From a virus (Duplodnaviria; Caudoviricetes), in the IMG/VR virus record IMGVR_UViG_3300037851_001309, positions 11,805 through 75,804 of that record: a stretch of 64,000 bases of DNA; one strand, written 5' to 3'. The notes below the pieces were generated by a model that had not been told where the DNA came from, searched no databases, and was given only the letters and a program-made list of their open reading frames with translations. Of this stretch, positions 16,404 through 28,000 are shown in pieces. The position numbers and the translations under genes were made by a program. The stretch's first letter is position 1. Each line of letters opens with the position of its first letter.

Positions 16404-19400
16404 TATACAATCCTCCGCACAACCAAAGGCCTCCCAGGCAGCTCAAAAATATCCACTGAATCTGAGTTTGAAGTCTGGCTAAAAAAGCATGATGCCGATG
16501 TATTATCTGTTTCACTGCCGACAACCAGTAAGAACAATTGACCGGAATTATTCTTGTTCATTATATAAGACTTAAAGGTTTTCTTATAGCTTGTTGATGT
16601 TGACAACTTCTCAAACTTCAAACCGAGATTTCCAAGCCCTAACGGAGCTAAGTCCTCTGAAGAAATATGAATTGAAGACCGACCCCTATCGGCCACATTT
16701 AAACCTATCCAGACGGTCCCCTCAGGAAGCGCCTCTATATCTTGTACACGGGAAACCGTTCTGGTTTCAATTACCGGGTAGACATCAGAGACGGCGGTGC
16801 TTATAGAGCTGTTTCTCCCACTGGAGTCCTTAAGGGAACTTAATGCAGGAAGAAGATCAATTATGTTTCTCTGCAAAAATGCCGGCTGATCCTTTGCAAT
16901 TATCGAATAGGCTTCACCAGAAGGGGCCGATGTTTTATCTGGGACCGCATTAATGAATAATGTAGTGTTGTTATAAACCTCTTTGATCCCATACTCTCTG
17001 GTAGCGTCCGAATTGGCTCTGATATACTGGCCTGCTTTCACATTACTGGCCCACTCAGTATTAAACCCATACACAACTGTAGTATCAGTTAATCTGGCCA
17101 TACCTAAAGAATAAGTATAGTCCGTGATTGTACCAGATCCTGACGTCGTTGTTATGGCAGGACCTGATGCCTCAATAACTCCTGTTGTTGAAGAATCAAG
17201 GAGCCCTTGATAAGGTAGGGTTTTATAAAAGAATGTATAGCCTTCCGTAGGGCTGATTGCACTATGAAGAAAAGTCGGGACCTCTATAGTTGCTCCTGGT
17301 GCAGGAGTGTCCGGTGCCGAAAATTCAATTGTCCCATAGGTTTTTGTAGAATCGTATGGAAATTGGGTGTTTTTCGTTTCCAACACTTTTCGTGTTCCAT
17401 TTACATAAACAAATCCCGCACCGTTATCCCCTGCGTAGCTTGACAAAGCTAAAATAGCTTTGTCCTGAGAATCTATATGAAAAATTTGACGCCCACCATC
17501 GGCTGTTTCATCAGGGATAAGTTCAAGCATTTCCCAACAATTAGTAATTGCTCGACCCTGTTTGTTCGCATCAAAAATCTTGTTCTGAGTATAGAGGACA
17601 ACCTCTATGTCTCTTCCAATGTCTATTATCGGAGAACCCACATCAATTGTATATGTTGTGGAATTTCTCGTTATCTGAGGGTTAACTCGAAGAGCCCCTC
17701 CAACCTTGATACTAATAAGGCCGAGGATGGTATACCCATTAATGCTTCTTGGAACAGTGAAAATTTGTGTACCATTCCCAACGGCATGATAAATCATCTG
17801 ATGACCAAAGTCATAGGGTTCTGTAATACTCCCGCCACGATTCATCAGCATGGGAAATTTTGTACCGTCGGTTGTCCCTATCGGATAAGAATTTCTAACC
17901 CGAATATCCTGGTCCATCATCGCAATAGAAGACGTTGAATCTTCTCTACGACATTCGAGAAAAAGATTTGGAACATGAGTCAGCCCATTCGATCCTGAAG
18001 GGAATCTAAGCGTGTATTCAAAAGTAAGTGGATAGGCAGTCCCTAAAACCACCGCCGATGCCCCTAAGGTGATCGTAAGAGTAGATGTAGGCAAAGCCGT
18101 TGCAGAATACTGGCTTGGAGCCAATACTCCTACCTGTTTTGTATAGACTTCCTTAAGACCTACAATTTGAGTCCCAGCAGGATATCCAGATAAATTTATC
18201 TGAACTGCATCTCCAGAAGCCCACGGAATGTTTGGCGTACCCGCTATTTTTTGGGCTACCGTGCGTACCGAAAAGCTCTCGGGCTGATCAAGTTGAGCAT
18301 TAGAAAAAATCCTGCGGATTCCATCCCCTTGTGCAATTCTGGTTGATCCCGGGCGATCTATGTAAGAAATTGCATCTGGATGGACAAGAGTGATTCCATA
18401 GCTGTCTTCACCAAGAGAACTTTTGGTCATCTTTCCAGGAAGCCTGTTATTAACAAGCTTTGAAAAGGCATTTTCGCAAAGCTCCTTAACATTCTCTTGG
18501 GATATTACTTTATGTCTCATGTCAAGAATATCTTCTGCAACTATCCAGTCATTGTACAGGTTGTCTGGTCGATCAGATGCAAAACCTGCCACATAGTCAG
18601 CAAGAGATCTGGATGCACCATTGGATCTGGTGTCAGGGGTATAAGCACTCGTATTGCGACGACGTACCGCAAACATTGGGATAGCATAGGTATGACCGTC
18701 AACAGTCCCTAAGGTTTCCTGGGCAACATCATCACCAGCACCTGCATACCAAAGGCCTGGATCTCCTTCGACAGGAGAAAAATAGGCGTGACTGCATGTA
18801 GTAATAGGCTCAGGGAGAGGTCCCTGAACAAAAACCAGGTTCGGATCAAAACCGTCTGGGTAGCTTTCAATATCAGCGGAAGCTACACGAATTCTATACT
18901 GCAGTTGAATTCTCAATGAGGTCTCAATACCCATTGCAGGGTCAATCAGATCATTGCTGTAGTTGGTTCCACCATAGAGGACATTTCCGTGCTTGTAAAT
19001 AGTATCTGAAGGATATATCAGCTTACGCCATACTTCCAGGAAAATAAAGTCAACCCGGGTGCCAATTGTCGGAGGATCTTGAAGAACGATAATATTATTC
19101 TCATCAGATGAACTTGATCCCTGAATTAGGACTCTCCACCCATTAACCCATGCAATATTTTTTTGAGTATCTTGACCCTCATCCAGCGAAACCAGCTTAA
19201 AACTATTCCGGAGGAAGGAGGGATCACACACTACTGTGCCTGCCTGACACAAAGAGGGAGCTATTGCATCTTTAATAGGACCTATAAAGGACCAGCCACT
19301 CGGAACAAGAGATTTCATGGTAAGTTGAGCACGGTCTGTGTCAACCTTACCCCCGAGGTTCACTTCGGAAGATAGGGGTGGCTTTCGTTTCTGATAAATG

Positions 19401-19468
19401 ACAGACTCGAAATTTCTATTTTCCGAATCTAATACTCGTGTCTGGTTTGGTCCAAGATAATCTGACAT
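16403..19468 (-). CDS. Large baseplate/tail structural protein, paralogue of 25010-29011
   Basis: Shares YQKxKPPLxSExNL, LEVWRxLI, IETxxRxQxQYxIRV, TVDGxxYAIPM and RPD...DILDxR blocks with 25010-29011; beta-rich. Confidence 0.7.
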   Translation of the reverse strand: MSDYLGPNQTRVLDSENRNFESVIYQKRKPPLSSEVNLGGKVDTDRAQLTMKSLVPSGWSFIGPIKDAIAPSLCQAGTVVCDPSFLRNSFKLVSLDEGQDTQKNIAWVNGWRVLIQGSSSSDENNIIVLQDPPTIGTRVDFIFLEVWRKLIYPSDTIYKHGNVLYGGTNYSNDLIDPAMGIETSLRIQLQYRIRVASADIESYPDGFDPNLVFVQGPLPEPITTCSHAYFSPVEGDPGLWYAGAGDDVAQETLGTVDGHTYAIPMFAVRRRNTSAYTPDTRSNGASRSLADYVAGFASDRPDNLYNDWIVAEDILDMRHKVISQENVKELCENAFSKLVNNRLPGKMTKSSLGEDSYGITLVHPDAISYIDRPGSTRIAQGDGIRRIFSNAQLDQPESFSVRTVAQKIAGTPNIPWASGDAVQINLSGYPAGTQIVGLKEVYTKQVGVLAPSQYSATALPTSTLTITLGASAVVLGTAYPLTFEYTLRFPSGSNGLTHVPNLFLECRREDSTSSIAMMDQDIRVRNSYPIGTTDGTKFPMLMNRGGSITEPYDFGHQMIYHAVGNGTQIFTVPRSINGYTILGLISIKVGGALRVNPQITRNSTTYTIDVGSPIIDIGRDIEVVLYTQNKIFDANKQGRAITNCWEMLELIPDETADGGRQIFHIDSQDKAILALSSYAGDNGAGFVYVNGTRKVLETKNTQFPYDSTKTYGTIEFSAPDTPAPGATIEVPTFLHSAISPTEGYTFFYKTLPYQGLLDSSTTGVIEASGPAITTTSGSGTITDYTYSLGMARLTDTTVVYGFNTEWASNVKAGQYIRANSDATREYGIKEVYNNTTLFINAVPDKTSAPSGEAYSIIAKDQPAFLQRNIIDLLPALSSLKDSSGRNSSISTAVSDVYPVIETRTVSRVQDIEALPEGTVWIGLNVADRGRSSIHISSEDLAPLGLGNLGLKFEKLSTSTSYKKTFKSYIMNKNNSGQLFLLVVGSETDNTSASCFFSQTSNSDSVDIFELPGRPLVVRRIV

Positions 19469-19469
19469 T

Positions 19470-20363
19470 TTATGCTCCCATTACTTTGATTTTCCAGGCG
19501 TACAAAGGTCGTATCACGGCAGATTCAGCTCTCGAAGCTTCAATAAGATTATCAGACACATCCTCATATCGTTCCATAAAATTAAAAAACACGGATGGAT
19601 CAAAAAACCATGTTGCCGGATATCCCGTATATTTCTTAAAGAGCTGATCACTCGCGTATAGCCTGTGAAAAGACTGCAGGTAAGAAGCCATCATTCTTTT
19701 CATCGTTAAAAAATTTGTAACTATATGATTGATCGAGTCCTCCGCCCGCTTGTGAGAAGAAATTTTCCCAGACAGGCAAGGAACCAAATGATTCATACGG
19801 AAATCAGTCTGTTCTGCTGCGGTCTCAAAAATTTCAATATTACTAACAAGTTCGGCTGATGCAGTTTTCATCTTTGACAAACAACCATTCAGTTCTTTTG
19901 CTCCCCACATTGTCTTAGGAAAAGATGTCTTAAGAAGAACCTCTGACAGGTTAACTGCGTCCTCATAGGTTTCTGTAAAACTCTTAAGATTCTCCTGATA
20001 CTTGTTAATAGACTCTGCACGCATTGGATATTCTGATGGCTTATTTTCCATTAGTTCATCAGGTTTCTCTTCCAATACGTTAATTTTTTCCTGCTTTGAC
20101 TTGTTTATCATATCTATAATCGATTTAATCTGATCGGAAAAAGTATTCTCCGCCTTTATTACAATTGGTGCATTCGGAACCTGTATCGATGACCTCACCA
20201 GCATACCGACAACCGAACCAAAATACTCATCTGTACTCTTTGAAGATAAAACAGCATTACCATTAAAAAAGCAGTGAAAAAATTTATCCTTTATTATATC
20301 GAACCGGTCATTTACACAGGATATCTTGATGACCGGTGGTACTGTTAAGTATTCGAAGAGCAT
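19470..20363 (-). CDS. Hypothetical protein (297 aa, helical)
   Basis: ORF track; TAATG coupling to the upstream gene. Confidence 0.75.
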   Translation of the reverse strand: MLFEYLTVPPVIKISCVNDRFDIIKDKFFHCFFNGNAVLSSKSTDEYFGSVVGMLVRSSIQVPNAPIVIKAENTFSDQIKSIIDMINKSKQEKINVLEEKPDELMENKPSEYPMRAESINKYQENLKSFTETYEDAVNLSEVLLKTSFPKTMWGAKELNGCLSKMKTASAELVSNIEIFETAAEQTDFRMNHLVPCLSGKISSHKRAEDSINHIVTNFLTMKRMMASYLQSFHRLYASDQLFKKYTGYPATWFFDPSVFFNFMERYEDVSDNLIEASRAESAVIRPLYAWKIKVMGA

Positions 20364-20950
20364 TAAGCCGTGATCCTGAATGTAATTGTCAAGGTCATTG
20401 AATTCGTTTTGTTTATAACCGGAAAAGTTCGGTAATTGACCATTGTTCCACTATCTGTTAGATCTGTGGCATCTCCACCAAACAGGGACATCTCAACAAG
20501 GGGCCCTACTGCTTCAGTCTCAGCAAAAGTAACTGTGTAGTCCACCACGTTAGTAGGAACAAGTACTGGATCCCCAGTATCCGGATCGATAAAAGAAACA
20601 TCCTCAGTCGTAAAAGCTTTCCTGGAAATTTCGTTATTAAGTTTCACCTGAGTATTCGTTGGCTGTGGAGGGTTCTGAAGATTCCAGCCTACTCCTCCAG
20701 TACCTACTGCAAGATAGGATATACCAGATGAGGGCTCGGTATTGTCTTTCAGAAGACGGGAAATCAATATTGATGCAGTATTAACTATGATATTGTGGCC
20801 AACACGCTCCTCAAGAATACGGCCTGAACAGGCTTCCCGAAGAGTAATCCGGTACTCCCCTTTTAAGCCTTTCACTGTTTCATCGTGCTTTAGGCGGAAA
20901 CCCCCAAAGGTAGCTTCCAACGTCCTTCTTAAGTTTTCTTTAAAAAGCAT
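20363..20950 (-). CDS. Tail-collar/fibre-attachment-type baseplate protein
   Basis: HNIIVN...ISYLAVGTG...TQVKLNNEISRK...VTFAETEAVGPLVEMSLF...NYRTFPVINKT pattern of tail-fibre N-terminal/collar domains. Start moved to ATG 20950 (CAGGAG RBS). Confidence 0.65.
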   Translation of the reverse strand: MLFKENLRRTLEATFGGFRLKHDETVKGLKGEYRITLREACSGRILEERVGHNIIVNTASILISRLLKDNTEPSSGISYLAVGTGGVGWNLQNPPQPTNTQVKLNNEISRKAFTTEDVSFIDPDTGDPVLVPTNVVDYTVTFAETEAVGPLVEMSLFGGDATDLTDSGTMVNYRTFPVINKTNSMTLTITFRITA

Positions 20951-21042
20951 GTCATTCTCCTGTATAATATGCAAACATCCTATAAAAGTATATTTATTAG
21001 AAGATAATCAGAAAAAGATCTAAGGTATTAGAACATCATTAC

Positions 21043-24000
21043 TTAGACCGGCAAAACCTCCATAATTTTGGATGTTCTAAAAGACCTGTCCGGCAAAAGT
21101 TCCCTTATCGTTTTCTTCCGTATACGAACTGATGGTTCGTTGATGTAACCATAGTTTGTAAGGAGATTTAACGGATTTGCCGGGTTCAAAGGATTCCTTA
21201 TTTTGACCAGAGCATTTGGAAATGACTCTGGAGAGCTTATCTCATCGTCGTGAGGGTCGTAGGACTCAAAAACAGGTCCAGTAAAAACATGCTCCTCAAT
21301 CTGATAGGTATCTTTATTGAAATACGTGAACTTTATCCCGGAGCTGTAATCACTAAGATAATTGACATACTCATTAAACTGGACTTTTAAGGTATTCTCA
21401 AAACCGTCGAAACACTGAGCTGGAAATACGTGCTCCCAGTCAAATACTCTGGAGCGGTCCCGATCCATGACCCTTGCCAGCCCTACGCTTCGAATGTTGT
21501 AAGTAAAAGAAATGGTAGCGTCTCTTAAGGCATATACGGGATAGCTGAATCGAATGACATCACCAGCCTCAAGGATGCTCTCAAGAGGGGTGGTATTCCA
21601 GTAAACGGTATCCCCTATAACAAAGAAATCGACTCCATATTCCTGCGGAGATCCCCGGTAGATTCCCATAAGAACCAAGTCAGGACGTAACGGCACACTT
21701 GGTAGAGACACAAATTTAAGGTCTATGTCTCTTTGGGTCAGTTGAACGAAACTATTGACAATGTAGTTTTCAGGATTGAAAATTTCAACATATCCGGTGA
21801 CAGGATCAAAAGACTTTATTAGTCCATGTACTACGTCGCCCCTTAATTTCACCACGACATCATCTGCCGTCGCCAGTGTGTTAAAATCCTTAATAGCAGG
21901 CAATGCCGGAAAATCAATGGTATCTGACCCAATTCTGTATGGTATTGTTTCAGGAAGATAGAAAACTGTCAGGGGCGCATCGATCGGCATATACACAGAA
22001 TAGGTATTCGACGACACATTGTTGGGTGACGTCTCTCTTAAAACAAAATTCTTCCTCAATTTCTTCGAGGCTACTCTGAGATTTATTACCCCTCCAACCT
22101 CACTCGGTATAGTAACATTTTGTAGATCAATAACGGCCGTATCAAAGAGCATCCAAGATTCGCACTCTTTTAGTTTATTAAGGTCTTCTTTAAACCGAGT
22201 TTTGAAAGAGTAGCGAGCCTGATCACATATCGAACTTAAGGTAACGCTTTCGTTTCCATAACGATACTCTTTGAGCAACAGATCTGTGTACATCAATGGA
22301 TGATGGTGCTTACGAACATTCTGGAGCTTTCTCTGATGAATCAAATCAGGCTGATAAGAGTAAGTTTTCTGGAAAGGTGGGGTACCCGACCCCAATTTCA
22401 AAATGGGGTCGTTTGGCTGATCCAGATATTTATCATTCAGAATTATTTGGGAACTCTTATCATACAAATGCTCGGGGCTGAAGAAATAATTAAAATGATT
22501 AAGATTATCCTGGCGATTTACAATAGAAGATCTTGTAGCTGGCTTCTGATAATTATTTAAAAGCAAAGTATCTGGTGAATTCAAAACCGAAGCATGATGT
22601 AACAAATCTGCCCGATACTTATACCCTATCGTTAACGGGTCATATTTAGGTGCAGGGGTTCTGGTAGGATCTGAAGCACCCTCAGCCCCATCAAAGATCA
22701 TATCATCATCAAAATCCCGTGCAATATCATCCCAAAGCATGGAGTAATTCGACGTACCACTTTCGTAATAATCGAAATTTATCTGATCCCCGATTGTAGG
22801 CGTTCGCCCTAATGGGGATGCCAACCAGAAGTCTCTATAATACTGAAGAGTTACATGGCCAAGGATTGGGTTAATCTCTGCAACTGCATCTGGAATATAC
22901 GTGCCATCTACGGAAACTTTAACATCCGAAGGAAGAGCAAGAGTGTTTGTCCCGGATCCATTAGATACAGGAACATTGGGGAGTTGCCACTGAGCTACCC
23001 CGAATAAACAAGTGGTTGATGCAGTAGAATCACTAAGCCCTGTTTTGTAATAATAATTAAAAGTTAGTTCTTGGCCTGTTATCGGAACACCACCGGCAGA
23101 AGAATCCCAATACTCTGAAGTGTTGTTCAGACTGATATAGGACGAACTTGAATCTACCGAACGTACTGCATCATAAATAGGAGTTAAGCCTTTTAGAACC
23201 CCGATGCTGACTGGAGTTGCAGTACCTCCGGACCCATCCGTTAAGGGGGCATAAGGCATAGTAAAGCTGAATATGTCTCCGGTTTTCTCTCTTCCAAGAC
23301 TGGCCCCCTGGATATTCTCCCAGGCAAATCTTGGGGACCACATACGCTCCGCCAGAGATACCGTATAGGACTTTTTGCTTTCTGAAAGGTCCTGACAATT
23401 TTTTCTAAGATCTTCATACATGGGTTGCAGAGCATCCTGCACCCATCGGTCGCAGAGGGTCGTATCTGTAGTCCGTACCTGGACAGGGAAGCGCCCATGA
23501 CGATCCATTAATTTCTTAACAAATTCCTGAAAAGCCGGTTTACGAAATACCCCTTTATAGAATCGAGAATTGTAATCCGTTACAAGGTCCGGTGGTAGCC
23601 AGTAGAATTGAAAATCACCAGGGATCGTTAATGACGTTAACCTTATATACTGCCCTATTTGAAGATTCTCAAATAGAATTCGTTTTCCATTTACCCCAAA
23701 TATCTGTGTACCATCTACCCCTGGCTCTACTACAACTTTTGTGCCGTTTTCAAGGTAAATGACTTGATCCTTAGAATGAATAGAAGAAATCCTATGGATA
23801 TTCCCAGTAGGATTCGATGGCAATAATGAAGGCCCGGTAAGGAGAACTGATGAAGGCGGTTCAACAACCAAAATCTGCCGGCCAAGAACAACTACTTCAT
23901 CAAAGGGTTTATAAAGATAGATAGGAATACAACCGCCACCTGTATCCCCAAAAAACAGGTCATGGATCTTATTAATGTCGAATCGTTCTGTCCAAATAAA

Positions 24001-24630
24001 TTTCGTATCATAAAGGACGTGGGCGGGACGAACCAAATTAATAAAAAAGTTAAGTTCAGTAGTAAGGCTCGCCAGGTCTTTCCCAGAATTCAGAATATCA
24101 TCAACAAAAACCTCGAGGACCATCTTATGGGTATCAATAAGCCCATAAGCAGAGGCGGGCTTTCTGGATTCTAAATAAATCTCTTTAAGATTTATCTGTT
24201 GTTTTGTAAATCTCTCTACTATAGATTCTATATTTTGTTTAGAACTACCACTGAGATATGCATCCTTAATAGCTATCAAGTATTCTCGATAGGATACATC
24301 GCTATAATTTGTAGGAGTTATGCGTTCACCAAGAAAGAGTCTTTCCCCAAGAATCTGCTGTATGTATTCAATTCGTGTCTGAGTAAAAATTTTATCGTTG
24401 TTAATAAGTTCAACAGATTGCTGGAGACGAGCAAATTCACGCCCTAATGTACGATAAAGAATACCAAGATTACTGTTAGGGGTCTTGGGATAATTGCTGG
24501 CAACAAGGTCCTGCAATGCAGATAAAAGAAGATCAGATCTCCCTTGTAAATCTGCCCGATATTGTTTATTATCGGGCAGTCTGCGACGGCCTAATTTCTC
24601 AGGATCATAATAAAACTGAGCCATTAGCAA
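21043..24630 (-). CDS. Baseplate wedge protein (P2 gpI / T4 gp7-like N-terminus) with accessory beta-modules
   Basis: LYRTLGREFARL...YREYLIAIKDAYLSGSSKQNIESIV...FINLVRPAHVLY is typical of gpI-like wedge subunits; located in the baseplate cluster. Confidence 0.65.
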   Translation of the reverse strand: MLMAQFYYDPEKLGRRRLPDNKQYRADLQGRSDLLLSALQDLVASNYPKTPNSNLGILYRTLGREFARLQQSVELINNDKIFTQTRIEYIQQILGERLFLGERITPTNYSDVSYREYLIAIKDAYLSGSSKQNIESIVERFTKQQINLKEIYLESRKPASAYGLIDTHKMVLEVFVDDILNSGKDLASLTTELNFFINLVRPAHVLYDTKFIWTERFDINKIHDLFFGDTGGGCIPIYLYKPFDEVVVLGRQILVVEPPSSVLLTGPSLLPSNPTGNIHRISSIHSKDQVIYLENGTKVVVEPGVDGTQIFGVNGKRILFENLQIGQYIRLTSLTIPGDFQFYWLPPDLVTDYNSRFYKGVFRKPAFQEFVKKLMDRHGRFPVQVRTTDTTLCDRWVQDALQPMYEDLRKNCQDLSESKKSYTVSLAERMWSPRFAWENIQGASLGREKTGDIFSFTMPYAPLTDGSGGTATPVSIGVLKGLTPIYDAVRSVDSSSSYISLNNTSEYWDSSAGGVPITGQELTFNYYYKTGLSDSTASTTCLFGVAQWQLPNVPVSNGSGTNTLALPSDVKVSVDGTYIPDAVAEINPILGHVTLQYYRDFWLASPLGRTPTIGDQINFDYYESGTSNYSMLWDDIARDFDDDMIFDGAEGASDPTRTPAPKYDPLTIGYKYRADLLHHASVLNSPDTLLLNNYQKPATRSSIVNRQDNLNHFNYFFSPEHLYDKSSQIILNDKYLDQPNDPILKLGSGTPPFQKTYSYQPDLIHQRKLQNVRKHHHPLMYTDLLLKEYRYGNESVTLSSICDQARYSFKTRFKEDLNKLKECESWMLFDTAVIDLQNVTIPSEVGGVINLRVASKKLRKNFVLRETSPNNVSSNTYSVYMPIDAPLTVFYLPETIPYRIGSDTIDFPALPAIKDFNTLATADDVVVKLRGDVVHGLIKSFDPVTGYVEIFNPENYIVNSFVQLTQRDIDLKFVSLPSVPLRPDLVLMGIYRGSPQEYGVDFFVIGDTVYWNTTPLESILEAGDVIRFSYPVYALRDATISFTYNIRSVGLARVMDRDRSRVFDWEHVFPAQCFDGFENTLKVQFNEYVNYLSDYSSGIKFTYFNKDTYQIEEHVFTGPVFESYDPHDDEISSPESFPNALVKIRNPLNPANPLNLLTNYGYINEPSVRIRKKTIRELLPDRSFRTSKIMEVLPV

Positions 24631-25007
24631 ACAATCCTTTGTGATGTCATCAGATTAATCGAAGATCCATCCGGAGTATGAAACAAAAAAAGGCCAATCG
24701 GAAACACCGGAGAATAGGTATTGCTTGTATCAGGGATAAATTCCGGGTACGATAGCCTTCTGGTAGAGTCAGCCGGCAAAGATACCACCGCTGTAAGATC
24801 CGCATAAGAATTGAAATTCTGAAGAACAAGGGCTGAGTATTGATAAACGTTCGTTTGATCACCAAAATCTACTATGCTCTGAAAAGGGATAGTATCTCCA
24901 CGGAAAGGTAATATGGTATTCCCAATCCGCGCTGTACCCTGATTTACATATACAGTAGAATCAGACACCGAAAAACAAAAATCTTTACTAAATAAAGTTT
25001 CTAACAT
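24624..25007 (-). CDS. Hypothetical virion-cluster protein (127 aa)
   Basis: ORF track; packed between structural genes. Confidence 0.65.
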   Translation of the reverse strand: MLETLFSKDFCFSVSDSTVYVNQGTARIGNTILPFRGDTIPFQSIVDFGDQTNVYQYSALVLQNFNSYADLTAVVSLPADSTRRLSYPEFIPDTSNTYSPVFPIGLFLFHTPDGSSINLMTSQRIVC

Positions 25008-25009
25008 AA

Positions 25010-28000
25010 TTAGGATATCCTGCTGATAGGTCTGTTTGGGATACGATAAACAGAGACTGAGCAGTTACCACCTGAAAAGTAACCGCCTTTATTTTCCCGA
25101 TCGGAAAAAGCACTTCTTGAAAAAATCAATAGAACATATTCTCCGTGCATATAAATTCTATTTAACTTGTCTTCTATTCTTGCAATCATTGGGATAAAGA
25201 TTTTTCTCGGAGCTGAAACCTGTAACCCCTCACATGTAAAGGAGATTTCTTTTGAAACTTTCGAATAAAAAGGCCTTGATACTTTGTCCAGAGTGGGCTC
25301 AGATAGAGTAATATTCCCAGAGAAACTTCCAGGAATGTATATCGGCATTTGGACATATCCCGTGTCTATTGTAACATTAGAAAAATGCATGGGATCTTTG
25401 TTATTGAATATGCTATCCCCATCAATACTTGAGTCATTGACCGGGATATGTTGCAAAGGAGTTAAATAGGGCACGCCTTGTACCCCACCTCCAGAGCCAA
25501 GATTTGAAATGTACATGACCGGTGGAACAATCACTGCCTCAACTGTCAAAGACTCTGGAAGATTAGCTTGACACTGTGGGGGTATATAATTGTAAGAAAT
25601 CATCAAACCATCATTTACTGTTGTGTCCTGCATGTAGGTAAGAAGATTTTCTTTAACCAAAAGCTGTATCGTAATAATATCCCCAGGAGTAAAAGCCGAG
25701 TCATCAATTGTTATGGTATCTGTACCGAAACCCGTTACGGATACTGTTTGCATTATTGCCCCTGCACCTGAATCTCTCCAATAAATAAACTGATTTAGAC
25801 TTTGGGCAGTTTCCGTAGTGGAACATCCTAAGATCTCAGCATTTGCTACCGTAACAGTTATGGGGAAAGAAGGCGTTGTTGTAACCGTAATCGATTTGGA
25901 AAATTTCGATATTTTTTTCAAAAACGGGTTGAAATTTACTGTAGCCCCATTACGGACATTTGTATCCCCTAAGGAAGACAGTGCTCCTGCTATTATCTCA
26001 ACAGTAGACCCCGAAATAAACTCGAAGCCAGGGACAGCAGTAACTATGATTTGAGACGATTGTATTTCAATATTCAAAATCCTGTGAGAAAACCCTGATG
26101 TTATATTCTTTATCCTTCGTACAGAATAGATTGAATAAGGAACGTCCTGAGCATCTGGATATACTGTGAGTGGAATAGTCAATGTAGACCCAGAGGCTGA
26201 AACCTTGGTAAAATAATGAACCTCTACAGAAGAGGCTTTGTAGTACTGTTCCGTATCAGTAGCAGAGTTGACCCGATAGGCTATCGCATAATTCCTTAAA
26301 TTAGGTATCCCTGAACTCCAGGTTTCTATCACCCGATACTCATCAGTATCAGAAACACCTTGATAGAAAAAACCTGCTGAGCCCTGTCCACTAAAATTTT
26401 TCACCAGTTTTGGTTCAGAAGGAACATAAGTCAACGCTGTTGATTTGGGGCTTATCCAGTCTGCAGAAATACGATAAGCAGTAAGAGTCGGTTCCTCCAA
26501 AGTTGTGATCGCAGACTCATCGAAAACAAACGTTACCCTATCTGTACCATGACCAGAAAAATATCCCGGAACAGGTTTCCCAAAATAGGGAGATGTCTCT
26601 GAAGCCTGATAGGTGACTTTATAGTGAGTTTCCTGTGGATGGAATATACCCAAAACAGGACCAAGTATTTGCTGTAGGGGTACAGTAGAAGACGCAGGGA
26701 CATCCATCAATTCTGTCTCGATAGAAACTTCTGAGGAGAGCCCATCAGCCATTACATCAGCCAAAGTAATATAACTAATCAATTTTCCACCATTAGCTGT
26801 GGTTCCTCCAACACGATCTACCTGAAGAAGTTCTATACCATAGCGATCCCCGCCCTCACTTGATCGAAAGAAATTTGTTTTAAGAATATTTGCCATTAAC
26901 TCATCATAATGTGCAGTCATCAGCTTTTGTATTGATGGTATAACTATTCTTCTTCTAACATCAAGTATGTCTGATTCCACAACATTAGTGGCAATTAATA
27001 AATCTGGGCGAATAAAAGCGGTATTCTTTTGATGTGACCCATTTGGATTTGTTTGAGGATCGTATGTCGAAGTATTTCTCCTATTAACGAAATACATCGG
27101 AATTGCATACACATACCCATCCACCGTATTACTACACTTTGCTCTCCAACACCCGTAATCCCCGTTAATCGAACCCATGTTCTGATAAGCATAGATTCCC
27201 GTTACATTTGGACCCTCACCCATGATTCCTGTGGAAAGACCTGCCTCAGGGTTAGACCCAGGGTCTGCACCGGATATAACCCTAATCTTATACTGAATTT
27301 GAACCCGACGGGTAGTTTCTATATTTGCATCCGGATGTATGGAATTGTCCGCTAAATATGTTTTTGACTTTATATTACCTTCAAAGAAAATCCTCTGCAC
27401 CTCTCGCACAAATTGATCCGATTGTTGAGTACTCCATGTACTCCCACTATTTGTCGTATTTTTTATTATGGAATTAGCTCCGGCAACCCATCCCGTTGTT
27501 TGGTTTATGAAATCCGCACTGAGGATATCGTAGGCTGTTCCTGAATTCTGCTGTACCCACTGAGCCCCTATATCTTGGGTAAAGAGAATTGAACCATTGG
27601 TTCCTACAATCCAGGCCTTGCCCTGAAAAACTGCACAAGATTCATTGTAAAAATAAGTCACCTTGACTACTGCGTTGTTTCCCGGAGGGGCATTCAAAAG
27701 AACTGCCCCCGTAGTACCATTAACGCTGTTCACCAAAACTTCGGTACCGTTAACGGTAACTTTTACATCTCTTGGGTCATTAGTTACGGTGCCATTCCCA
27801 TCACCTTTGGTAATTGGGGTATTGGCAACAGTAAAAGAAGTTCCTGCTGGGCCCAGTTGGGAACTAACTTCTTCATCAGTGACAAGACGGTCCAGTGTGG
27901 GCACCATGGTAACATCTTTTAAATGTTCGGAGGTAGTTACATACCCTGACCCAGTAAAAATGTTACCAGATTGAGATACCCAAGAGGATCCCCCATCAGA

